From NCBI GenBank assembly GCA_964493715.1, contig CAZBPC010000076.1:1-16007 (forward strand): DNA of 16,007 bases. The letters are read 5' to 3'. This document shows positions 8,147 to 16,007 of the stretch, in pieces. A program made the position numbers and the translations under genes. The number at the start of each line of letters is the position of its first letter. Within the stretch, counting starts at the first letter, position 1. The stretch is from an uncultured archaeon. Lineage in GTDB: Archaea; Asgardarchaeota; Lokiarchaeia; Sigyniarchaeales; SOKP01. Under the pieces are notes generated by a model. The model was not told where the DNA came from and searched no databases. It worked only from the letters and a program-made list of their open reading frames with translations.

Positions 8147-8757
8147 AATTTAACCATTTCCCCCTTTTTTCGATTATTTTTTTGTTGGATAGGATTAGGA
8201 TTTAGCATTTCAATTTCATTTTCTATGGATTTATAGTCCCCACACAATTCCTCATAGAACTCAAATTGTTGTCTATTTAGGTACATTCGTGTCTTACATG
8301 CTTCTTGAGCTATCTTCATTATAACTTTAAAAAAAGCAGGTCGCAAGAGCATATTTTCTTCAGAAAAATAATGAATTAATATAAATAATTGATTAGTTAA
8401 GTTCACTAAGTCCTTTAAAAGAGAGGAGTTAACATTATTTCTAAAGTATAATAGATATTGAAATCTTTTCGCAGTAATTCCATTATCCTTGAGTTTATTT
8501 AATAACTTAATATAACTTAATGCTAAAGATTCAAACTTATATTTTTTCGCTTGAAATTTTACAATTCCCTTACTATCGTTGTTAATCTCATTAGAGCGTA
8601 ATCTGTGATATATAACCGAAGCTCTATAATTTAATAAAGTCCGGATTTGTCTGGAAAGATCTTTAATCACTTGAACGCATTCGATATTATACCAATTCTG
8701 GAAATCATTATCTTCCTCATAGTCCAAATAGGATAGATCATCATACATAAAATTCAA
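8143..8757 (-). CDS. Hypothetical helical protein, translationally coupled to the HNH protein
   Basis: 204-aa ORF whose stop overlaps the ATG of 5609..8146 by 4 nt (ATGA). The start is uncertain: TTG 8757 or the following ATG. Confidence 0.6.
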   Translation of the reverse strand: MNFMYDDLSYLDYEEDNDFQNWYNIECVQVIKDLSRQIRTLLNYRASVIYHRLRSNEINNDSKGIVKFQAKKYKFESLALSYIKLLNKLKDNGITAKRFQYLLYFRNNVNSSLLKDLVNLTNQLFILIHYFSEENMLLRPAFFKVIMKIAQEACKTRMYLNRQQFEFYEELCGDYKSIENEIEMLNPNPIQQKNNRKKGEMVKL

Positions 8758-8824
8758 CTTTTTATATCTAATTTAGTCTGCTCATATTTAAAGAACAAAT
8801 TTTTAAAACCTATTTTAAACCCAT

Positions 8825-8842
8825 ACTAAAATCCATTTTAGT
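8825..8842. promoter_or_regulatory. 18-bp palindrome (possible operator) in the divergent intergenic region
   Basis: ACTAAAAT-CC-ATTTTAGT has perfect 8-bp arms and overlaps three imperfect 11-12 bp direct repeats (8804-8838). Confidence 0.35.
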
Positions 8843-8867
8843 TTTTATGGATCAGATAAAATTATAA

Positions 8868-9641
8868 TTGAGCATTTTGGAAGAATTTAAAAAAGATCTC
8901 AAAAAAATAGAGGAATTATGTAATACTATTTTAAATGAGGGAGAGGATCCTTTTTGGCAAATTATGAGAACTCCAATCAGTTTTATAAAAAAAATCCAGA
9001 ACGGTCGATTTAATGAAGCCTTACAAGTTGCTAAAGAAGCATTTCAGCTATATCCTGAAAATCTCATTGTATTAGATACAATGGCTGAAGCTTATGTCTT
9101 TACAGGACAAGAGGAAAAAGCTCTTCAATTATTTGAAAAAAGTTATAAGCTTGAAAAGAATTCTCATACTCTAAATTGGATTAAAAAGGTAAAATTTGAA
9201 ATAAGAAAAAGAAAACTCTATAATAGTTTCTGTGATTTTCAAAATAACTATAAAAAGAATAATTATAGTCTTAACGATTTAAAGGAACATCTTAATACTT
9301 TAAATAGGATTAATTTTAACAATCCTACAATGAAAGATCACATTCAGTTTTTATCAAAATTACATCAAATAGAGTTATATAAATTTATACCATTTTCTAT
9401 TCATATTTATATTAGAATACATGTCATTCTTAAAGGGATTGATAATCGACTTGTCTATGTGCAGGAGATTACTAAATTCAATGAACAAGTAGATCTTATT
9501 ATATTTATAATAAAGGATATGATAAAACAAAAAGAGATAAATGCAAAATATTTTGAAAAAGCTCAAGCATTTTTTTTTACGAATAGACCAAAAAATGGAG
9601 ATATAATGAAAGTAATGATAAAATATAGAGATAAGAGATAA
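8868..9641 (+). CDS. TPR-containing protein with a possible C-terminal winged-helix (PCI-like) segment
   Basis: TPR consensus FNEALQVAKEAFQLYPEN / VLDTMAEAYVFTGQEEKALQLFEKSYKL. C-terminal IIKDMIKQKEINAKY. TTG start. Confidence 0.65.
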   Translation: MSILEEFKKDLKKIEELCNTILNEGEDPFWQIMRTPISFIKKIQNGRFNEALQVAKEAFQLYPENLIVLDTMAEAYVFTGQEEKALQLFEKSYKLEKNSHTLNWIKKVKFEIRKRKLYNSFCDFQNNYKKNNYSLNDLKEHLNTLNRINFNNPTMKDHIQFLSKLHQIELYKFIPFSIHIYIRIHVILKGIDNRLVYVQEITKFNEQVDLIIFIIKDMIKQKEINAKYFEKAQAFFFTNRPKNGDIMKVMIKYRDKR

Positions 9642-9667
9642 AAATTTTATTGAAGCTTCTAGAAATT

Positions 9668-11152
9668 TTAGGATTTAGGAGAAACTCTTGCTCTTTCATA
9701 ACAAAATGGTAAAACCATGTTTCTTAAGACGTAAATTGCTTTTTTACTTGAAATTGTAGTTGCATTTGCAGATTTTGATATATTCCTTATTTCAAAATTA
9801 TCGGGGAGTTTAAGAGCAACAAAATTTTTGAGGAAATCTATAAATTCAGTATAATCTCGAGTGGTTTCAATCCAGAGATACCCTTTTTTTTCAATATAAT
9901 TAGGATTTTTCACCTTGAATTTATTCGCATGGGATTTTTCTTTTATTGGGGGTCCCTTTCGGAGGTAAGATTTTGATATTGTTGGATTTGAACAATAAAT
10001 TGCTATGTTGTATTCTTCACTATCATCTTCAAAATATACTTCAAATTCAATTTTTTCAAATCTCTTTGTATGAGAAGGTTCAATTTCGCCATTTGACTTA
10101 ATACTATCTCCAAGGGAATATAATTTATCTCTATTTACCGTATAATGTATTTCTTGATTTAAATTAATGAGTTCTATGATAAAGAGATTATTGTTAAGTG
10201 TATCACCATTTTTTAGTTCTTTATATTCGGGGATTTCTGCAATTTTAAAAATGTCTTCTTTAGGATTTTTTAGGAATTCTTGAATTTGGTAGTTACAATA
10301 TCTATACGATCTTTCAGAAATTGCTGCTGCAACATTTCGATTTTGGTCTATTGGATCAATGATGATTAAAGCATCATCACGCATGTGAAGCTTTCTTCGT
10401 ATCTCTTTAATGGATCTATTGTAGTAATCAAGAGGAGTTCGAGTTAAATTCTTAAAGTTGGTAAATAAGTTTTGTAAGTTTCCATAATGATAAATGAGTA
10501 ATTCTGCACTATACCCAATAAATCCTGCTTTTCCTACTGCACTCTTATCACCATAACAGTGGCAGGATTTAAAGAATTGTTTTAATAGCCTTGCGTCATT
10601 TTTTTGAACTTCAGTAAGATTGTCTCTGACAAATCGTCCATGCCAAGGAGAGCGATCAACAGCAGTGATAGGTCCGTATTTTTTTATGTACTCCAATGTT
10701 AAATCAAAATATAAAACAAGATCTATTTTTAGGGCAATTTTATCTGAAATGTAATCAACTTTAACATATGGATGTTCTGCATATAACAAGTTAGGGTTTT
10801 TGAACTCTTCCGTGTATAATGCCTTGATTATCCATTCATTACATAAAAAGAGAAAATCCTTCTTGGATTCTTTTTTACGTTTGCTCTTGCTCAATCCTTC
10901 ATATTTTGGTTTGAATTCATTGAAATTTAATCCTATAAAAAAATCTATATCAAAGTCATTCCTTAATTGAGTTTGCTTAATACCCGTTGAACCTTGAGGT
11001 TCCATGGTAGTATATTGAAAGTCTTCTTCTCGAGCTCTTTTTTCTAGCAAAATTTTTAATTTGTGGACTACGTGATTAATGGTTGAAATTTCGTTTATCG
11101 TTGGTACGATATCCTTTAATACATTCTTGTATATTTGCTCGAAATTTGACAT
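9668..11152 (-). CDS. cca: Archaeal (class I) CCA-adding enzyme, tRNA nucleotidyltransferase
   Basis: Nucleotidyltransferase motif QGS...T.L..DFDIDFF. Also YAEHPYV, AVDRSPWH, GFIGYSAELL and IIDPIDQNRNVAAA. Confidence 0.93.
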   Translation of the reverse strand: MSNFEQIYKNVLKDIVPTINEISTINHVVHKLKILLEKRAREEDFQYTTMEPQGSTGIKQTQLRNDFDIDFFIGLNFNEFKPKYEGLSKSKRKKESKKDFLFLCNEWIIKALYTEEFKNPNLLYAEHPYVKVDYISDKIALKIDLVLYFDLTLEYIKKYGPITAVDRSPWHGRFVRDNLTEVQKNDARLLKQFFKSCHCYGDKSAVGKAGFIGYSAELLIYHYGNLQNLFTNFKNLTRTPLDYYNRSIKEIRRKLHMRDDALIIIDPIDQNRNVAAAISERSYRYCNYQIQEFLKNPKEDIFKIAEIPEYKELKNGDTLNNNLFIIELINLNQEIHYTVNRDKLYSLGDSIKSNGEIEPSHTKRFEKIEFEVYFEDDSEEYNIAIYCSNPTISKSYLRKGPPIKEKSHANKFKVKNPNYIEKKGYLWIETTRDYTEFIDFLKNFVALKLPDNFEIRNISKSANATTISSKKAIYVLRNMVLPFCYERARVSPKS

Positions 11153-11264
11153 GTGATTTAAAAATAGTGAGAATTGATTGGATGAATGTTATGTTAAATT
11201 AAAATACTGAGTCTTTGATTATAACTTTTTGGATGACTCAAACCGTTGAGATATAATTATCGAG

Positions 11265-13073
11265 TTACATTCCCCACCAGGGGTGATTTACCTTTCTCAT
11301 GAGTATTATATATTCTTTTAGAGCACTTTTTTGGTCGGTTGTGAGTTCATTAACAAATTTTCCTAGCAATTGTCTCACGTGAGATTCTGGAATACTTACA
11401 AAAAGTGTCTCATCTTTACCTAAATCTTTTCCAATTTCTATTCCACGAATGGAAATTGCGACTTCAGAATCTTTTTCTGCAAGATCCAGAGTCTTTCCTT
11501 TATCTTGAATTTGATGGATTCGCCGTATTTTTTTTCCTTTATCAGTAACCAATGGTACTCTTGGCAGAAGCGTTCCTGCTTCCACTTTTACGCCAAATAC
11601 AGCGGGATCAGAATTTCTAAAGATATAATCGGGTAACATTTTTAATTTAGCTGGTAATGTTAATTCACTTAATCCTTTCGCGGTGTCTTCAGCTTTTCTT
11701 ACTTCTGCATACTCAATATAGTCTTCTAATAATCGATAAATAACGTTATTCGTAAAAATCCTAATATTATCTGTTATGGCTTGTTCTTGAGCTTCGGGTA
11801 GTATTTTAACGTTAAAACCAAGAACGGCAGCAGAATAGGGATCAAAGACTTTTACGATATTGGCATTAATCACATCTTCTTTTTTGATAGGTCCTACATC
11901 TGCTATGCTTATTTTTACACCATTTAAAGTGAAATGATTCTCCAGTGCCTCTAATGATCCAAGGGTATCAGCTTTTAAAACTACCCCGGCTTTATCGGTT
12001 TTAATTCTAATTGCTTGTACTTCATCATTAATCTCATTATATATCCTTTCTTCTTCAGAAGGTGAACTAATTACTTTAAATGGGGATCCTGCAACTACAT
12101 CATCAATATTTGGAGCCAGAATTCTAATTCCCGCAGCGGCACTTACAAAATCTTCAGAGTCAAATTTCTGACGAGGATCACGAATCTCATCAAGAGGTTT
12201 TGGACGGAGTATCGCTCGGACCTTTGATTTAATAGGTTTTTCCAGCCCACCTACATAAAAATCATCGCTTTTATGTAATACTCCATCATAAATTAAGATA
12301 TCCGTGGTGACTCCTTGACCTTTTTCCTTTTTTACTTCTAAAACTACGCCTTTTGCAGGACCTTCTGAAAATTGTAAGTTTGTTGTCAGATATTGTTGAA
12401 CTAAACCCATTAAAATCATCAATAAGGTAGAAATTCCTTCACCAGTTTTCGCGCTTGTGGGTACAATTGCTATTTTTTTGGTAAAATCAGTTATTTTATC
12501 ATAGCGATCTAAATCTTTAAATCCTTCTTCAAGGAAATTTCCAATGATTTGAAATATTTTTTCATCTAAAAAATCTCTCACGTGTTGTTTTTGCGAGTTA
12601 TAAGTGTCTAAGAAATCAGCGTTTGCTTTAGATTTCCACCCAGAAATTCTGTCAATCTTATTAGCAGCAATTATAAACGGAGTTTTTCGTTCTCGTAATA
12701 TTCTTACTGACTCCCAAGTGATTGGCATGGTACCAGCAGTAACATCAATAACCAAAATAGCAATATCCGCCACAGCACCCCCTCGCTTCCTCAAGTTTAA
12801 AAAAGCAGCATGTCCGGGTGTATCTATTACTAATATACCCGGCAACTTAATATCCTTATCAGCAAATTCTTGTTTTGATTTTCTTAAAAATGCTTTAATA
12901 TCACTCATTGGAAAATAGGAAGCACCAATATGTTGAGTAATTCCAGCCGCCTCCCTTTGCTGGACTATAGTACCTCGAATATAATCTAGAAGTGAAGTTT
13001 TACCATGATCTATATGCCCTAATATACAAGCTATTGGAGCTCTAATGACTTTTTCTTTTGTTCCATCAGCCAT
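11265..13073 (-). CDS. infB: Translation initiation factor aIF5B (IF-2)
   Basis: RAPIACILGHIDHGKTS, EAAGITQHIGA, IDTPGH, ANKID, PTSAKTGEG, KADTLGSLEAL, IFRNSDPAVFGV. The 602-aa length is the archaeal size. Confidence 0.96.
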   Translation of the reverse strand: MADGTKEKVIRAPIACILGHIDHGKTSLLDYIRGTIVQQREAAGITQHIGASYFPMSDIKAFLRKSKQEFADKDIKLPGILVIDTPGHAAFLNLRKRGGAVADIAILVIDVTAGTMPITWESVRILRERKTPFIIAANKIDRISGWKSKANADFLDTYNSQKQHVRDFLDEKIFQIIGNFLEEGFKDLDRYDKITDFTKKIAIVPTSAKTGEGISTLLMILMGLVQQYLTTNLQFSEGPAKGVVLEVKKEKGQGVTTDILIYDGVLHKSDDFYVGGLEKPIKSKVRAILRPKPLDEIRDPRQKFDSEDFVSAAAGIRILAPNIDDVVAGSPFKVISSPSEEERIYNEINDEVQAIRIKTDKAGVVLKADTLGSLEALENHFTLNGVKISIADVGPIKKEDVINANIVKVFDPYSAAVLGFNVKILPEAQEQAITDNIRIFTNNVIYRLLEDYIEYAEVRKAEDTAKGLSELTLPAKLKMLPDYIFRNSDPAVFGVKVEAGTLLPRVPLVTDKGKKIRRIHQIQDKGKTLDLAEKDSEVAISIRGIEIGKDLGKDETLFVSIPESHVRQLLGKFVNELTTDQKSALKEYIILMRKVNHPWWGM

Positions 13074-13283
13074 AATTTTCTACAACTTCTTTATTGAATA
13101 GTTTTAATATTAATATTTTTAATTATTTATAGGCGTCTAAAAGTTAAAGAGTTTTTGTCATTCATTTAATTTAATAGATTTTTGAGTAAAGGATAAACAA
13201 GATCTAACCCATTATGATTATCTCTAAAGATAAAATGAAATTTAATTTCACAAATATGAGAAGGAATGGAAAGAGTGTATCTA

Positions 13284-16007
13284 TTAAAGATATTTTTTGA
13301 GATATTTTGCGGTGTAGGATTTCGTATTTTTTATTAACTCTTCAGGGCTACCTTGAGCAACGATTCTACCTCCTTTTTCTCCCCCTTCTGGACCAATATC
13401 TATTATAAAATCAGCAGATTTAACGACATCCATATTATGCTCAATAATTACAACTGTATTCCCTTTTTCAACTAATTTTTGCAAAACAGCTAGTAACGAA
13501 TTTATATCATAGGCATGTAATCCAACTGTGGGCTCATCTAAGATATATAGTGTATTCCCAGTACTAGTTTTTCTTAGTTCTCTCGCTATTTTAATCCTTT
13601 GTGATTCCCCTCCACTTAAGGTGGTAGATGATTGCCCTAATTCTAAATACCCTAAACCTACATCTACTACTGTCTTTATGGTTTGATTTAAACTAGGTAT
13701 ATTTTCAAAAAATTCTAAGGCTTGATGAAATGTCATTTTTAAAACATCGGATATCGACTTTCTATGAAATTTAATTTCAAGTGTTTCAGCGTTATATCTC
13801 TTTCCCATGCATAAATCACAGCGTATGTATATATCTGGTAAGAAGTACATCTCTTTTAAGATAAAACCCGTTCCGTTACATTTCTTGCACTGACCATGTT
13901 TTGTATTAAAACTAAATCTGCCTTTTTTATATCCTCTTTCTCTTGCCTCAGGAAGTTGTGCGAATATATCCCTTATGACATCTAAAGCTTTTGTATAAGT
14001 TGCTGGTACAGAACGAGGTGTTCTACCAATGGGAGATTGGTCAATATTGATAATTTTATCTATATTCTTGTACCCAATTATTTCATCATAATCTCCTGGT
14101 GTTAGTTTTGAACTTCTGGTGTTAATGAGATTATGTAAGCCTTTAAATAAACAATCGAGTATTAAACTTGTTTTACCTGCTCCAGAAACGCCAGTTATGC
14201 ACGTAAAAACACCTAGTGGGATTTTTACATCAATATTTTTCAAATTATTTTCACGAACACCCTTAATTTCCAAAAATTGATCACTAAGGGTTCTTCTCTT
14301 TTTGGGAGTGTCAATCTTTTCCTTCCCGGACAAATATTTTCCTGTAAGAGTTCCTGATTTGAGGATATCATCTAAAGATCCTTCCGCTACGATTTCTCCA
14401 CCAAGCTCTCCAGCAAGTGGCCCCAAGTCTATTATGTGATCTGCATTTTTCATTATCTCATCATCATGTTCGACAACTATGACCGTATTTCCCATATCTC
14501 TCAACTTTTTAAGCATTTTAATTAACCGAGAGATATCTCTTTGATGTAATCCGACAGAAGGTTCATCTAACACATATAGTACTCCCACGAGACTTGAACC
14601 TAACTGCGTTGCCAATCTTATCCTTTCAGCTTCCCCAACTGACAGAGTATGAGAACGACGACTTAAATTTATATAATCTAAGCCCACATTATCTAAGAAT
14701 GATAATCTATCATTGATTTCTTTTAACACATCTTTTACAATAATTAGTTCGGTTTCATTTAGATTGAGATCCTTAAAAAACGATATGGAATCTTTAACGG
14801 ATAGAGCAGATAAATCTGCGATATTATTATCTTTAATGGTCACGGATAAACTCTCAGGTTTCAATCTCTGACCATTACATCGCGGACATTCAATTTGATT
14901 CATAAAACCTTCATAAATATCTCTAGCCCATTCTGAAGAGGTTTCCATGTACCTTCTATGAAGCATGGGAATGATTCCTTCAAAAGTTCTTGTATATTGC
15001 CACAATCCTTGAGAAACTCCATTATTATTTTCATATTTAGAATTTTCATTATCTCTTTCAAGTTTGAATTCAATTAGCTCATCATCAGATCCATATAGCA
15101 ATTTTTGTAATTTTTCCGAACCAATCTCATTGATGGGAGTCTCATCAGTATCAAATCCATAATGTTTAGCAACTTGTTCTAACATTTGCCAAGAATAAGC
15201 TGTTAGCGTTCCAAAACCGGGGATATTCCTAATTGGAGTGTCTTGAATTGGTACATTCATATCAGTTCCTATGACTAAACTTGAATTAAACTCCATAACA
15301 GTGCCTAAACCGCTACAGTATTTGCAACTTCCATGTGGTATGTTGAATGAAAACATTTTATGGTCTAATTGAGGAAAAGATATCCCGCAATCAATACAAG
15401 CAAGATGTTCCGAATAAATATTTTCCTCTCCATCTAAAATTTGAATCGAAACAATGCCTTCTGTTAATTCAAGAGCTTTTTCTATTGAATCTGCTAAACG
15501 TGTACGAATATCTTCTTTCGACATTACTAACCTATCGACGATTATACTAATAGTATGTTTTACATTTTTATCCATCGTTATATCCTCATCTAAAGTATAT
15601 TGAATTCCGTCAATTTCTACCCGTAAAAACCCTTTTTTCTTAAGATCTTGAAGTAGATCTTTATATTCCCCTTTTCGATCTCTAATAACAGGTGCCTTAA
15701 TGAGGAATTTTTCACTTTCGGGGATTACTTCCAATACTTGATTAATAATTTGTTGAGGCGTTTGCGGTTTAATCTGCTTCCCGCAATTAGGACAATGCGG
15801 TATCCCAATGTTAGCAAAAAGTAATCGATAATAGTCATAAATCTCTGTAACAGTCCCCACAGTACTTCTTGGATTTTTTGAAAGAGCTTTTTGTTCAATT
15901 GCTATGGCAGGCGATAATCCCTCAATTGAATCCACGTCTGGTTTATCCATTTCCCCTAAGAATTGACGAGCATAACTTGATAATGATTCGAGAAATCTTC
16001 TTTGACC
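13284..16007 (-). CDS. uvrA: Excinuclease ABC subunit A (5' end lies beyond the window)
   Basis: The frame is open to the window edge (GQRRFLESLSSYARQFLGEMDKPDVD). It contains GLSPAIAIEQK, Zn-finger CxxC pairs, LDEPSVGLH, a second Walker A GVSGAGKTS, LSGGESQR and LDEPTVGLH. Confidence 0.97.
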   Translation of the reverse strand, partial: GQRRFLESLSSYARQFLGEMDKPDVDSIEGLSPAIAIEQKALSKNPRSTVGTVTEIYDYYRLLFANIGIPHCPNCGKQIKPQTPQQIINQVLEVIPESEKFLIKAPVIRDRKGEYKDLLQDLKKKGFLRVEIDGIQYTLDEDITMDKNVKHTISIIVDRLVMSKEDIRTRLADSIEKALELTEGIVSIQILDGEENIYSEHLACIDCGISFPQLDHKMFSFNIPHGSCKYCSGLGTVMEFNSSLVIGTDMNVPIQDTPIRNIPGFGTLTAYSWQMLEQVAKHYGFDTDETPINEIGSEKLQKLLYGSDDELIEFKLERDNENSKYENNNGVSQGLWQYTRTFEGIIPMLHRRYMETSSEWARDIYEGFMNQIECPRCNGQRLKPESLSVTIKDNNIADLSALSVKDSISFFKDLNLNETELIIVKDVLKEINDRLSFLDNVGLDYINLSRRSHTLSVGEAERIRLATQLGSSLVGVLYVLDEPSVGLHQRDISRLIKMLKKLRDMGNTVIVVEHDDEIMKNADHIIDLGPLAGELGGEIVAEGSLDDILKSGTLTGKYLSGKEKIDTPKKRRTLSDQFLEIKGVRENNLKNIDVKIPLGVFTCITGVSGAGKTSLILDCLFKGLHNLINTRSSKLTPGDYDEIIGYKNIDKIINIDQSPIGRTPRSVPATYTKALDVIRDIFAQLPEARERGYKKGRFSFNTKHGQCKKCNGTGFILKEMYFLPDIYIRCDLCMGKRYNAETLEIKFHRKSISDVLKMTFHQALEFFENIPSLNQTIKTVVDVGLGYLELGQSSTTLSGGESQRIKIARELRKTSTGNTLYILDEPTVGLHAYDINSLLAVLQKLVEKGNTVVIIEHNMDVVKSADFIIDIGPEGGEKGGRIVAQGSPEELIKNTKSYTAKYLKKYL

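Noticed and set aside
9668-11152. Proximity of cca as evidence for a splicing locus
   Set aside because: The CCA-adding enzyme is not part of BHB splicing, and no EndA or RtcB gene is visible in the window.
13236-13250. Palindrome TGAAATT-T-AATTTCA between uvrA and infB
   Set aside because: It is short and almost entirely A/T, so it is expected by chance at this composition.
347-15550. Short alternative ORFs (347-532, 810-995, 1702-1998, 2051-2290, 3685-3906, 4529-4753, 4900-5121, 6342-6539, 7994-8236, 9375-9566, 12604-12918, 15347-15550)
   Set aside because: They are antisense shadows of longer, better-supported genes and have no recognisable motifs.
1-16007. tRNA, rRNA, CRISPR array or IS element
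   Set aside because: No cloverleaf, GC-rich structural RNA, regularly spaced repeats or transposase was seen. Intergenic gaps are short and AT-rich.

Overview
This is an AT-rich archaeal window, most likely from an Asgard/Lokiarchaeia-type genome. That assignment is inferred from the archaeal class I CCA-adding enzyme, aIF5B, a divergent EF-2 paralogue, and bacterial-type uvrA and thrH. Housekeeping genes are thrH, engB, an acidic hypothetical, a HAD phosphatase, an aEF-2 paralogue, cca, infB/aIF5B and a 5'-truncated uvrA. An accessory block at 5609-9641 holds an 845-aa Zn-ribbon/HNH protein, its translationally coupled 204-aa partner and a TPR protein. Main result: the EF-2 gene starts at 5460, not 5165 as the ORF track suggests. 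It is split by two tiny stop-containing insertions, 31 nt (5334-5364) inside the G1 P-loop AHID|HGKT and 30 nt (5211-5240) inside the switch-I region TDSD|EEEQARGITI. Both fold with their flanking exons into bulge-helix-bulge (BHB) motifs. The predicted endonuclease cut sites fall exactly at junctions that restore the conserved motifs and a 750-aa ORF. They are strong candidates for tRNA-endonuclease-type mRNA introns in a translational GTPase gene. All structure and family calls were made by eye; no searches or folding programs were run.
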